Below, piece after piece: positions 1-9,007 of a stretch of 64,000 nt of DNA (positions are counted from its first letter, which is position 1; every line of letters starts with the position of its first letter). This stretch comes from Candidatus Geothermarchaeota archaeon. GTDB taxonomy: Archaea; Thermoproteota; Nitrososphaeria; Geothermarchaeales; JDFR-13. The stretch lies in assembly GCA_015523605.1 (NCBI GenBank), contig WAKC01000043.1, forward strand, positions 47,339-111,338, in the 5' to 3' direction. Made by a program: the position numbers and the translations under genes. The notes under the pieces were generated by a model that saw only the letters and a program-made list of their open reading frames with translations, did no database searches and was not told the DNA's origin.

Positions 1-1103
1 GATAGAACTATCGCTAGTAGTGCGGGTGAATATTTGACTGGCCTTGCATACCATATCGTCATTAAGACTGCAAACATTGTTAGTCCCATTGTGATAAGCT
101 CTCCCCAGGTGAATAGCTGTCCCTGTATCTGGAGTACGAATGGTTGTGGAGTATCTGCTAGCATATGATGGTTCCACACGAATAGTGACAACACTAAATC
201 GGCGAGAATAACACTTCTGACTACCGACTCACCAAATAACTCCCTACCAACTAGAAGCGGGACGAGGAAGTACCATACGGCCGCGGTGAAGATTAATACG
301 TTTCCATCTGCAATCAGGTCTAATCCCCACCAGAATACGTTCTTGTATATCAACGGGTCTATCAATGTGGCTGGAATCTGTGAGCCTATTAGACTGGTTA
401 TTGAGTATATGCCGAGGAGCAGTGAGACACCTGCCATTACGAAAGCGTTTAGGGTTGTATCTACACATCCTCTAAAGACTCCAACTACGAACACTGGGTA
501 TGAGTATACCCTTGGTAGGTACTCCTTTATCCCTTTGGTCTTGGCCTTCAGCTTATCGAGGTTGAAGGCAAGTGTCAATAGCTCCTTAGCTACGTAACCA
601 GCTCCTCCAGCCCCTCTAGATGGAAGGAATATCGTGGCGAACATGTTGAAGAAGAATGCCAATATGGAGGCGAATATCATTATAGTTCCAACGCTAAAAA
701 CGAGTGTAGACTGTGGTGGATATTCAAGGACTGGTAGTGGCCAATATAGGGTGTATAAGGCTGAGAATTTGAATAGGAATCCGGATAGCCATGTGATTAA
801 TACGCCGAGGAACATAACCCAGAATGATATATTAGCAACTCTCTCACTGTATAGGTCTTTCTTTAGGACAACTGGTACTAGGTAGTAGAAGGCACCCATT
901 ACAGCCATATAAGCCCATCCATATATACCTACGAATGGATGTACAGTCATTACGGCATAGTATTCCTCAGGAGTGTAGAAGTCTGCTATATAACCCATTA
1001 GTCTAGCCCTCATCAATATACCTTCTATACCAGCTACTCCAAGCCAGAATACTCCTGCCAAGACATATTTGAGGGCGAGTTTCTCCCTAGGACCTAGACC
1101 CAT
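1..1103 (-). CDS. Heme-copper oxidase superfamily subunit I, gNOR-like (putative nitric oxide reductase); runs off the window start
   Basis: Not in the ORF track; hand-translated from ATG at 1103 (MGLGPREKLALKYVLAG...), open to position 1. Polytopic membrane protein with YYAVMTVHP (helix II heme His, H55), LYTLYWPL loop, KNVFWWGLDLIADG (helix VI), VWNHHML (helix VII His pair) and TWGEL (helix VIII Glu). Lies 2 nt downstream of subunit II. Confidence 0.9.
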   Translation of the reverse strand, partial: MGLGPREKLALKYVLAGVFWLGVAGIEGILMRARLMGYIADFYTPEEYYAVMTVHPFVGIYGWAYMAVMGAFYYLVPVVLKKDLYSERVANISFWVMFLGVLITWLSGFLFKFSALYTLYWPLPVLEYPPQSTLVFSVGTIMIFASILAFFFNMFATIFLPSRGAGGAGYVAKELLTLAFNLDKLKAKTKGIKEYLPRVYSYPVFVVGVFRGCVDTTLNAFVMAGVSLLLGIYSITSLIGSQIPATLIDPLIYKNVFWWGLDLIADGNVLIFTAAVWYFLVPLLVGRELFGESVVRSVILADLVLSLFVWNHHMLADTPQPFVLQIQGQLFTWGELITMGLTMFAVLMTIWYARPVKYSPALLAIVL

Positions 1104-1105
1104 GG

Positions 1106-1672
1106 CTATTCACCTCCTACGACAATTACATCATATAAGACCATGTAAGGGTGCTCAGGTCCACTGTATTCTGTACTTCTAATTGTATAGACACCTGGTT
1201 CATCGAATACCCAGACGATCCTATTTTCATAACCAGGTACTACCTGCATCTGGAAGACCATCGTACCATCTTTCCTGAAGACTCCAAATCCGTATGTCAA
1301 GTCGTTGGAGTATACCTTAAACTCTACAGGCTTGCCAAGAGGTAATTCTATGGGGTTTTCTGGTAGTATAAATGTATGGTTCTCCATAGTTATTACAACA
1401 GTCTTAACCGGATCTTCATCTAAATATACTTGGTACTGCATTGAGGGCATCAGAGGTGATAGAAAGATTATATTTCCTATGACGGCCACTGTGAACAATA
1501 CGCCTAGCCATATCTTCTCAGAACGCTCCATACCCATATGGACCTTCTTGCCTCCATCCGTCTTTATCTCTGGCCGACTCCTTGAGGTGATGTATATAAA
1601 GCTGACTATAAATATAGTGTATACTGTAATTAGTCCGATATAAAATATTTCAACTAGTTGCTGTAAATACAT
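1106..1672 (-). CDS. Heme-copper oxidase subunit II (two TM helices plus cupredoxin domain) lacking CuA ligands
   Basis: Likely start MYLQQ at 1672 after GGGGTGA RBS. SNDLTYGF aligns with S.DV.HGF, followed by MQVVPG, and IRSTEYSGPEHPYM aligns with C.EYCG..H..M with both Cys as Ser. Confidence 0.88.
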   Translation of the reverse strand: MYLQQLVEIFYIGLITVYTIFIVSFIYITSRSRPEIKTDGGKKVHMGMERSEKIWLGVLFTVAVIGNIIFLSPLMPSMQYQVYLDEDPVKTVVITMENHTFILPENPIELPLGKPVEFKVYSNDLTYGFGVFRKDGTMVFQMQVVPGYENRIVWVFDEPGVYTIRSTEYSGPEHPYMVLYDVIVVGGE

Positions 1673-1682
1673 ACAATCACCC

Positions 1683-1860
1683 CGAAATATATATTTCGTA
1701 TATAAATGTATAAGAGGCATCCCTAACTAGTAAGGGAATATATTATAAGTAGAATTCATACACTCAATCCGAGAATATAAACATGTAATTATCTCAGTAT
1801 GGATAAAAAATGTAGAATTGTTTTATATATAATGCCTGATATATCAGGCTTACCATTATA
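1683..1860. promoter_or_regulatory. Divergent promoter region with three palindromic candidate operators
   Basis: Perfect 16-bp palindromes CGAAATATATATTTCG (1683-1698) and GCCTGATATATCAGGC (1834-1849), imperfect TCCCTAACTAGTAAGGGA (1720-1737), plus TATA-like AT tracts. Confidence 0.55.
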
Positions 1861-1911
1861 TCAAGAAATCGTTAATTTAGTTTATATAGAGAGTTATATT
1901 GGTGGACTGAG

Positions 1912-2451
1912 ATGTCCGACAGACTCTTCCTACTCGGCTCCGGACTAGTAGTATTAGTGATGGTTATACTAGGGTTCTTCATCTTCTATCCTGAGCCAAA
2001 TGTTAAAGCATATGAGGTCGACCTATCAGATTTCACATTCATCCTCAGGGATGGTGAGTTTCCAATAACTGTGAAGGTTGGCCAAACAATCATTTTTAAG
2101 CTAAGGAACGTGGGTGGCTTTGACCATGAATTTATGATTGTTACTCCTGAGATGAAGGATATGATGCTGAATAAGGCGGTTGAGGTTCTTAATGAGCTTA
2201 AGGAGATGGGCCTGAGTGGAGAGGAGCTGTTGGAGATGTATGAGGAGGAGGTTGGTGGCCATGGTATGGAGATGGGTGAAGGGATGATCCTCATGGTGAG
2301 ATTGGATCCTGGGGAATCGACTCAGGTGGAGGTATCCTTTGATGAGCCTGGTACATATTACATTATGTGTATTGAGGCAGGGGGTACAGCTGAGGCGGGA
2401 GTCTCTCATGCTCATCAAGGGATGGTTGCAGAGTTAGTTGTTAAGGGTTAA
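1912..2451 (+). CDS. Membrane-anchored type-1 (blue) copper protein, cupredoxin family
   Basis: N-terminal TM helix; HEF motif and C-terminal C...H-x-x-G-M ligand set (MCIEAGGTAEAGVSHAHQGM); Met/Glu-rich insertion. Confidence 0.8.
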   Translation: MSDRLFLLGSGLVVLVMVILGFFIFYPEPNVKAYEVDLSDFTFILRDGEFPITVKVGQTIIFKLRNVGGFDHEFMIVTPEMKDMMLNKAVEVLNELKEMGLSGEELLEMYEEEVGGHGMEMGEGMILMVRLDPGESTQVEVSFDEPGTYYIMCIEAGGTAEAGVSHAHQGMVAELVVKG

Positions 2452-2516
2452 CCATAATTTTTTTAAATACCCTCCCCTCTTCCTTAATAAATTGCTTATG
2501 CTATATATATGGTGTA

Positions 2517-3653
2517 ATGTCTAGAATTATGAGGTCTATAGATAGAAAAAGCTTGGAGAAAGCTCTGGAGACATATAGGGTTCTAGATGAGGATGGTAAT
2601 CTGGTTGGTGAGGAGCCTTCCATCTCAGACTCTACATTGGTTAAGATGTTTGAATATATGGTTAGAGCAAGGGTTCTGGATGAGTGGCTCCTGAAGCTTC
2701 AGAGACTGGGTAAAGTAGCAATACATGCACCTAATAAAGGCCAGGAGGCGATTGTTGGCGCGGTGATGCCGTTGAGGCCGGAGGACTGGGTATTCCCAAG
2801 CTATAGAGACCTTGGCGTCTATCTAGTTAGGGGGATGTCTGAGGAGGAGATTCTGGATCGGGCCCTCTATAATGAGGATGATCCGCTTAAGGGAAGTGAT
2901 TTCGCCATATATGGTAATAGGAAGTATAATATGGTTCCCACCCCCGTTCCGGTAGGGAATCAGATACCCCATGCCGTTGGGGTAGCATATGCTATGAAGT
3001 ATAGGGGTGAAGACCTGGTTACTATGGTTATGTTTGGTGATGGAGCTACTTCGAGGGGTGATTTCCATGCAGGTCTCAACTTTGCAGGTGTATATAGAGT
3101 TCCGGTGATATTCGTCTGTGAAAATAATGGTTGGGCTATATCAGTACCATTTGAGAGGCAGACGAGGTCGCCCTCGATAGCCTTCAGAGGTCTTGCCTAT
3201 GGGGTAGACTCTATAAGGGTGGATGGAAACGATGTTCTAGCTATGTATACAGTTGCTAAACAGGCTATAGAGAGGGCTAGAAAGGATAAGGAGCCATATC
3301 TCATAGAGATGCTCACCTATAGACTCGGGTCCCATACTACAGCGGATGATCCAAGTAGGTATAGGTCTGAGGAGGAGGTTAGGGAGATGATGAGGTATGA
3401 GCCTCTAAAGAGATTTAAAAGGTATCTAGTCGATAAAGGCCTCATAACTGAGTCAGAGGCAGATGAGTTGTACAGGAGATATTCCTCATATGTTGAAGAG
3501 GCTGCTAAAAAGGCTCTTAACAAGTCACCCCTCCCTCGAGACATATTCTTCTATAATGTCTATAGCACCTTGCCCTGGAATTTGAAGATGCAGCTGGAAG
3601 AGTTTAGAGAGGCTATAAAAACTATTGAGGAGTTTGGCTTGGAGGTTGACTAG
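2517..3653 (+). CDS. pdhA: 2-oxoacid dehydrogenase E1 alpha subunit (pyruvate/branched-chain)
   Basis: TPP motif GDGATS...NN, GQEA, YRLGSHTTADDP; first gene of an E1a-E1b-E2-E3 operon. Confidence 0.92.
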   Translation: MSRIMRSIDRKSLEKALETYRVLDEDGNLVGEEPSISDSTLVKMFEYMVRARVLDEWLLKLQRLGKVAIHAPNKGQEAIVGAVMPLRPEDWVFPSYRDLGVYLVRGMSEEEILDRALYNEDDPLKGSDFAIYGNRKYNMVPTPVPVGNQIPHAVGVAYAMKYRGEDLVTMVMFGDGATSRGDFHAGLNFAGVYRVPVIFVCENNGWAISVPFERQTRSPSIAFRGLAYGVDSIRVDGNDVLAMYTVAKQAIERARKDKEPYLIEMLTYRLGSHTTADDPSRYRSEEEVREMMRYEPLKRFKRYLVDKGLITESEADELYRRYSSYVEEAAKKALNKSPLPRDIFFYNVYSTLPWNLKMQLEEFREAIKTIEEFGLEVD

Positions 3654-3655
3654 AA

Positions 3656-4633
3656 ATGCCTGTTATGAATATGGTTCAGGCTTTAAATCTGGCTCTTAGG
3701 GAGGAGATGGAGAGGGATGATCGTGTTGTGGTTCTTGGTGAGGACGTCGGCCGGAGAGGCGGTGTTTTCCTAGTAACGGAGGGGCTCATCGATCTTTTTG
3801 GGGAGGAGAGAGTTATAGATACACCCTTGACCGAGCTTGGTATAGTCGGTTTTTCCATAGGCCTCGCTCTATATGGTTTAAGGCCTGTCGCTGAAATCCA
3901 GTTTATAGATTTTGTCTACGAGGCTTTCGACCAGATATATAGTAACATGGCTAGGATAAGATTCAGATCTGGAGGTATGTATACGGTTCCAATGGTACTT
4001 AGAAGTCCGTGCTGTGGAGGTATTAAGGGTGGTATGCATCATAGCCAGAGTCCAGAGTCATTCTTCATCCACTCAACTGGCTTATATGTCATGATGCCTA
4101 GTGGCCCATATGATGCTAAGGGAATGCTGAAGACGGCTATACGTCTTGATGATCCAGTAATTTTTCTGGAGCCTAAATCAATATATAGAGTTATTAAGGA
4201 AGAAGTTCCAGAGGAAGATTATACTATTGATCTGGGGAAGGGTAAGGTGGTTAGGGAAGGTGGAGATGTAACCGTTGTGACTTGGGGGGCTATGGTGCAT
4301 CTCGCTAATCAGGCTGCAGATTTTATTAAAGAGAAGTTGGGTGTTGAGCTTGAGATAATTGATCTACGCACTCTATATCCATATGATAAAGACTTGATTA
4401 TAGAGAGTCTTGAGAAGACTGGTAGATTGATTATCGTCCATGAAGCACCAAAGATATTGGGTTTAGGTGCTGAGATATCCGCATATATAGCTGAGGAACA
4501 TGTAGACCTTTTATACGGCCCTATTATAAGGGTTACGGGGTATGACACACCTTTTCCATTGGCTCATGAGAAGCTTTACATGCCTAATGTAGCCCGTATC
4601 TATAACGCGGTTAAGAGGTCTTTGGAGTTTTGA
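3656..4633 (+). CDS. pdhB: 2-oxoacid dehydrogenase E1 beta subunit
   Basis: GEDVG..GGVF, DTPLTE, EIQF, HSQS, DPVIFLEPK motifs. Confidence 0.93.
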   Translation: MPVMNMVQALNLALREEMERDDRVVVLGEDVGRRGGVFLVTEGLIDLFGEERVIDTPLTELGIVGFSIGLALYGLRPVAEIQFIDFVYEAFDQIYSNMARIRFRSGGMYTVPMVLRSPCCGGIKGGMHHSQSPESFFIHSTGLYVMMPSGPYDAKGMLKTAIRLDDPVIFLEPKSIYRVIKEEVPEEDYTIDLGKGKVVREGGDVTVVTWGAMVHLANQAADFIKEKLGVELEIIDLRTLYPYDKDLIIESLEKTGRLIIVHEAPKILGLGAEISAYIAEEHVDLLYGPIIRVTGYDTPFPLAHEKLYMPNVARIYNAVKRSLEF

Positions 4634-4643
4634 GGTGGTGGAT

Positions 4644-5846
4644 ATGGCTAGGAAGATATATAAATTGCCTGATATAGGCGAGGGTATAGCTGAGGGTGAG
4701 ATTGTAAAATGGCTTGTTAAAGAAGGTGATTATGTTAAACAGTTCCAACCTCTTGTAGAGGTTTTGACGGCTAAGGCGAAGGTGGAGATTCCTTCTCCAT
4801 ATGATGGTAGAATAGTTAAGATATTAGCTAGAGAAGGTGATGTAGTTCCCGTTGGAGCACCACTCCTTGAGATTGAAGTTTCTGGCGAAGCTGTGGAGGC
4901 GGCTGTGGAGAAGCCTGGAGAACCTATTGAGAAGACTATTGAGACGGTTAAAGAGGATAAAGTTTCATCATCTATTAGGGTTAGAGCTCCCCCAGGGGTG
5001 CGCTTATTGGCTAGAAGGCTTGGGGTAGACCTTACAAAGGTTAGAGGCTCGGGACCAAATGGGATCATCACAAAGGCAGATGTAGAAGCATATATAGAGT
5101 CTATGAAGGCCAGAGAGTCTAGAGTCGTGTCAGAAGAACCACGGGAGGCTTTAGAGGAGAGGGTTAAGATCAGGGGTATTAGGAGGTTCATGTTTAAGAA
5201 TATGGCTATGGCGAAGCAGTCAATTCCCCATGCATATCTTATCGAGGAGGTTGATGTAACGGAGTTGTGGAGGCTTAGGGAGAAGGTTAAGGAATATGGG
5301 CTTGATAAAGGTGTTAAAATTACGATACTACCGTTTATAATTAAGGCTGTTATCCATGCACTTAAGGAGTATCCACTTCTAAATGCCTCTGTTGACGAGG
5401 AGAAGGAGGAGATCATAGTGAAGAAGTATTACAATATTGGGATTGCCGTGGATGCAGGAGATGCACTTGTCGTGCCGAACATTAAGGATGCGGATAAAAA
5501 ATCCATTCTCGAATTGGCTAGGGAGATTAGGGAGCTAGCTGAGAAGGCTAGGAAGGGTGAGTTGTCATTGGAGGATGTGAGTAATGGAACCTTCACCATT
5601 ACAAATATTGGGGCTATAGGTTCTATCGCTGGTATGGCTGTTATAAATCCGCCTGAAGTCGCTATATTAGGTGTTCACAGGACTTTTGAGAGGCCGGTTT
5701 TGGAAGGTGATAAGCTGGTTAACAGGAAATTCATGTATATCTCGATAAGTTTTGACCATCGTATCCTTGAAGGAGCGTATGTTACACGTTTCCTAGTTAA
5801 AGTTAAGGATCTACTTGAAAATCCATATAACCTACTTGTTGAATAG
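4644..5846 (+). CDS. pdhC: Dihydrolipoamide acyltransferase E2
   Basis: Single lipoyl domain (LPDIGEG...TAKA), E3-binding domain (GSGPNG.I), catalytic FDHR motif; likely start MARK at 4644. Confidence 0.93.
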   Translation: MARKIYKLPDIGEGIAEGEIVKWLVKEGDYVKQFQPLVEVLTAKAKVEIPSPYDGRIVKILAREGDVVPVGAPLLEIEVSGEAVEAAVEKPGEPIEKTIETVKEDKVSSSIRVRAPPGVRLLARRLGVDLTKVRGSGPNGIITKADVEAYIESMKARESRVVSEEPREALEERVKIRGIRRFMFKNMAMAKQSIPHAYLIEEVDVTELWRLREKVKEYGLDKGVKITILPFIIKAVIHALKEYPLLNASVDEEKEEIIVKKYYNIGIAVDAGDALVVPNIKDADKKSILELAREIRELAEKARKGELSLEDVSNGTFTITNIGAIGSIAGMAVINPPEVAILGVHRTFERPVLEGDKLVNRKFMYISISFDHRILEGAYVTRFLVKVKDLLENPYNLLVE

Positions 5847-5864
5847 AATATTTGGTGTCTCTAG

Positions 5865-7223
5865 ATGGAGAAATATGATGTTCTAGTGGTTGGCGGCGGT
5901 CCGGCTGGTTATCCAGCTGCTATTAGAGCAGCCCAGAATGGGGCTAAGGTAGCTATTATTGAGAGGGATAAGTTTGGAGGTGAGTGTACAAATTACGGGT
6001 GTATCCCTACTAAAGCCCTGCTTAAAGGTGCTAAGGTGGCTGAGGAACTGAATAGATACCCCTTTGTAAAGGGTGGTGTATCTATAGACTTTAAAGAGTT
6101 GATGCGATGGGTAGGTAGGGTATCATCGAGATCTTCAAGAGGGGTTGAATATCTCCTCAAGGGTTATGGTGTAGAGATATATCGTGGTGAGGCAAGATTT
6201 AAAGATGTCAAGACTGTTAAAGTGGGTGATAAGGAACTTCATGGCGATAAGGTTATTTTGGCTCTAGGATCTAGACCTATAGATATCCCCGGCTTCCCTG
6301 TGGATGGCGAGAGAATACATAATAACAGAACTATACTAGGAATTGATGAGAAGCCAGGCTCAATTGCAATTATAGGCGCTGGATATATCGGTGTGGAGTA
6401 TGCGACGGTCTTCTCGAGTCTAGGGTCTGAAGTATTCCTTATAGAGCTTCTAGAAAGAGTTTTACCACTTATGGATAAGGATTTCTCAAGGTTGATGGAT
6501 AAGATACTTCGGAGGAGGGGTGTCAAGATATATACGGGTGTAAAGGCTGAGAAGCCTGAGATAGGTGGAGATGGAGTCAGTATCAGACTCTCTAATGGAG
6601 ATGTTATAAATGTGGATATAGTGCTTGTAGCTGTGGGAAGACGGCCTAATTCTGAGGGCTTGGATGGGTTAGGTGTCAGACTGGATGAAAAGGGCTTCGT
6701 TATTGTAGATGATATGATGATGACAAATGTAGACGGTGTCTATGCAGCTGGAGACTTGGCTGGTCAGCCTATGCTCGCACATAAGGCGTTCCTAGAGGGT
6801 GTAATAGCTGGTGAAAACGCTTCGGGGGGTGAGATATATAAGGTATCCAAGTTTATACCCTCCGTCGTTTATACGGAGCCGGAGCTTGTCTCTGTAGGAT
6901 ATACGTTGGAGGCTGCCCTAGATAATGGTATCAAGGCGGAGGAGAAGCTATATCCAATTGGCGGTGTTGCCAAGGCCTATATAGAGGGTATGACTGAGGG
7001 ATTTGTAAAGATGGTTGTTGATGGAGAGGGCAGTATATATGGTATCCATATAGCTGCGCCAAATGCCTCTGAATTGGCTGGGGAGGCCACATATCTACTT
7101 GAGACGAGATCTACAGTTGAGGATGTAGCTCTAACCGTCCATCCACATCCAACGATTTCCGAGGCTTTGAAGGAGGCAGCAGAATATATCATAGGTAGGC
7201 CATATCATTACCTACTTAAGTAG
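5865..7223 (+). CDS. lpdA: Dihydrolipoamide dehydrogenase E3
   Basis: GGGPAGY FAD motif, GGECTNYGCIP redox disulfide, C-terminal HPHPTISE. Confidence 0.95.
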   Translation: MEKYDVLVVGGGPAGYPAAIRAAQNGAKVAIIERDKFGGECTNYGCIPTKALLKGAKVAEELNRYPFVKGGVSIDFKELMRWVGRVSSRSSRGVEYLLKGYGVEIYRGEARFKDVKTVKVGDKELHGDKVILALGSRPIDIPGFPVDGERIHNNRTILGIDEKPGSIAIIGAGYIGVEYATVFSSLGSEVFLIELLERVLPLMDKDFSRLMDKILRRRGVKIYTGVKAEKPEIGGDGVSIRLSNGDVINVDIVLVAVGRRPNSEGLDGLGVRLDEKGFVIVDDMMMTNVDGVYAAGDLAGQPMLAHKAFLEGVIAGENASGGEIYKVSKFIPSVVYTEPELVSVGYTLEAALDNGIKAEEKLYPIGGVAKAYIEGMTEGFVKMVVDGEGSIYGIHIAAPNASELAGEATYLLETRSTVEDVALTVHPHPTISEALKEAAEYIIGRPYHYLLK

Positions 7224-7973
7224 GTTGTAAGGGATCTCCCCTCTATAACCCCTCTTTATATTCCACTTTCCACTTAAATATTTCCTCACTATTTTATCCA
7301 ATCTCTTATATAGGCTACTATCGATTTTAACTAGCTCTATATCGCCTGATAAATCTTCAATGCTTTCCTCCAGGGTTTCAATTGCTTCTTCAAGACTTAC
7401 TTTTACAAATCTAGTCAAGTTGGTTGGTCTATATTTTGCTGGCGTCACCTTACCTTCATGGACCATCTGTAGTGGAGGATTTAAAAGCCTTTTCATGAGA
7501 TCTATATCTGCCTCTACCAATAATGTGGCATGATATACTGTGGCATCCCTACGTATCCAGATGGATGATCCAGAGACTTTATATCCCTCAATCACAACGT
7601 CATTCCTATTTTCTATATACGGGTTTAGAGAGAGCTTCTCCAATGTATGGATAATATATTTACTCCCTACCCTGTAGATCTTCGATATATCTATTATCCT
7701 CCTTGGGATGTATAGGCTAAAATTTATGTTTCCCAAGTCATGGTATACAGTTCCGCCTCCAGACTGCCGCCTCACAATGGGGATCTCCAATTTATCGGCT
7801 AATTCTAGGTTAACCTCGTCACTAGGCTTCTGTCCATATCCTATAACTAATGTCTTATCTTGTATCCATATCCGGGTAACCTCTTCATTTAACTTTATAG
7901 AGTAATCTGATAATACCTCCTCCATTGCAATATTGGTTATAGGGTCTCCGCCGAAGCTCTTTATTATCTTCAT
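7212..7973 (-). CDS. lplA: Lipoate-protein ligase A, catalytic domain only
   Basis: RRQSGGGTVYHDLG, ND.....KVSGS, HATLL; converges on the E3 gene. Confidence 0.9.
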   Translation of the reverse strand: MKIIKSFGGDPITNIAMEEVLSDYSIKLNEEVTRIWIQDKTLVIGYGQKPSDEVNLELADKLEIPIVRRQSGGGTVYHDLGNINFSLYIPRRIIDISKIYRVGSKYIIHTLEKLSLNPYIENRNDVVIEGYKVSGSSIWIRRDATVYHATLLVEADIDLMKRLLNPPLQMVHEGKVTPAKYRPTNLTRFVKVSLEEAIETLEESIEDLSGDIELVKIDSSLYKRLDKIVRKYLSGKWNIKRGYRGEIPYNLLK

Positions 7974-8032
7974 CCCCTATCCAACCGTCTAACAAGATGA
8001 TTTATACGTCTAGTAAGATTAATTATTAGATT

Positions 8033-8467
8033 ATGGCGTGTGTCTTCTGCAGGATTGTAAAGAGAGAGTTACCCTCTTATATTGTCTATGAGGATGATAA
8101 GAACATGGTATTTCTAGATATATACCCAGTTTCTAAGGGTCATTTACTCGTCATACCAAAGGAACACTATGAATCAATCCATGATACTCCAGGAAAGATC
8201 CTTGCAAGAACTTGGCTCCTTGCTTCTATCCTTGGGAAGATATATAGAGTCGAGATGGGTGCCCCAGGTGTTAATATAGTCACCAATAGTGGTAGCGCGG
8301 CTGGGCAGGAGGTATTTCATTTCCATATTCACGTCATTCCCAGATGGGGTAGATGGACAGGTTTTTGGGGAGGACGGCATAGGTTGAGTGAGGAGGAGGC
8401 TAGGGATGTTCTGGATATGTGGAGCAGTAAGAAGGAGTTAATAGTGAAGGGTTTAAGTGAGATTTAG
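8033..8467 (+). CDS. HIT (histidine triad) family protein
   Basis: CVFC zinc motif, GHLLVIPKEH, AGQEVFHFHIHVIP. Confidence 0.92.
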   Translation: MACVFCRIVKRELPSYIVYEDDKNMVFLDIYPVSKGHLLVIPKEHYESIHDTPGKILARTWLLASILGKIYRVEMGAPGVNIVTNSGSAAGQEVFHFHIHVIPRWGRWTGFWGGRHRLSEEEARDVLDMWSSKKELIVKGLSEI

Positions 8468-8565
8468 AGATGCTTATCACTTATACATAAATATTCAGTT
8501 GGCACGTGGTATTTAGAATTATTCATTAAGTGTTTATCTAGTTAGATGCATATTCAGCATTTTGT

Positions 8566-8964
8566 ATGTATGAATTTGAGAAGCTTTTGGAGGACATTGG
8601 AAAAGGTGATATCGAATCCATAAGGAAACTCCTATATTTCCTTATGGATTATATACCGCCGGGTATTGACAATATGGTTCTATTGTTTGAAGACGGTGAA
8701 AGATCTTTATATCTCTCTAGTGAGGGTGTAAAGTCTGTAATGGTTTCGAGGGGTGAATTCCTTCCATTTATCGAGTCTCATATGCTTAGCCTATCTATAG
8801 AGAGGCTTAAAGAGAGGGATTTAATGGCTATAGGGAAGAGGTTGGACGATATTCTTCTTGATCTCTATAATGTTTTGGTGAGATGGTTGGACCATGGTTT
8901 TGATGATCACCCGCTCTATTCAAAGGCTAGAGAATATGTAGAGTGGTTTGAGAAACGTGGTTAA
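8566..8964 (+). CDS. Hypothetical protein
   Basis: 132-aa ORF with typical codon style filling the gap; no motif recognised. Confidence 0.65.
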   Translation: MYEFEKLLEDIGKGDIESIRKLLYFLMDYIPPGIDNMVLLFEDGERSLYLSSEGVKSVMVSRGEFLPFIESHMLSLSIERLKERDLMAIGKRLDDILLDLYNVLVRWLDHGFDDHPLYSKAREYVEWFEKRG

Positions 8965-9007
8965 AACAATTTTTTATTGATTTGATATTTCTATTCTTAG
9001 GTTTGTC

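Noticed and set aside
244-885. ORF-track entries 244-468(-), 286-597(+) and 634-885(+)
   Set aside because: These are shadow ORFs of the oxidase subunit I, which the track missed because its stop codon lies outside the window.
1836-1847. FNR/DNR box reading of CTGAT-AT-ATCAG
   Set aside because: The spacer is 2 nt rather than 4 and the half-sites differ from TTGAT; kept only as an unassigned palindrome.
4730-5416. 228-aa antisense ORF, and the many other Ser/Ile-rich antisense ORFs across the window
   Set aside because: They fully overlap well-supported genes on the opposite strand, and their composition mirrors host codon bias.
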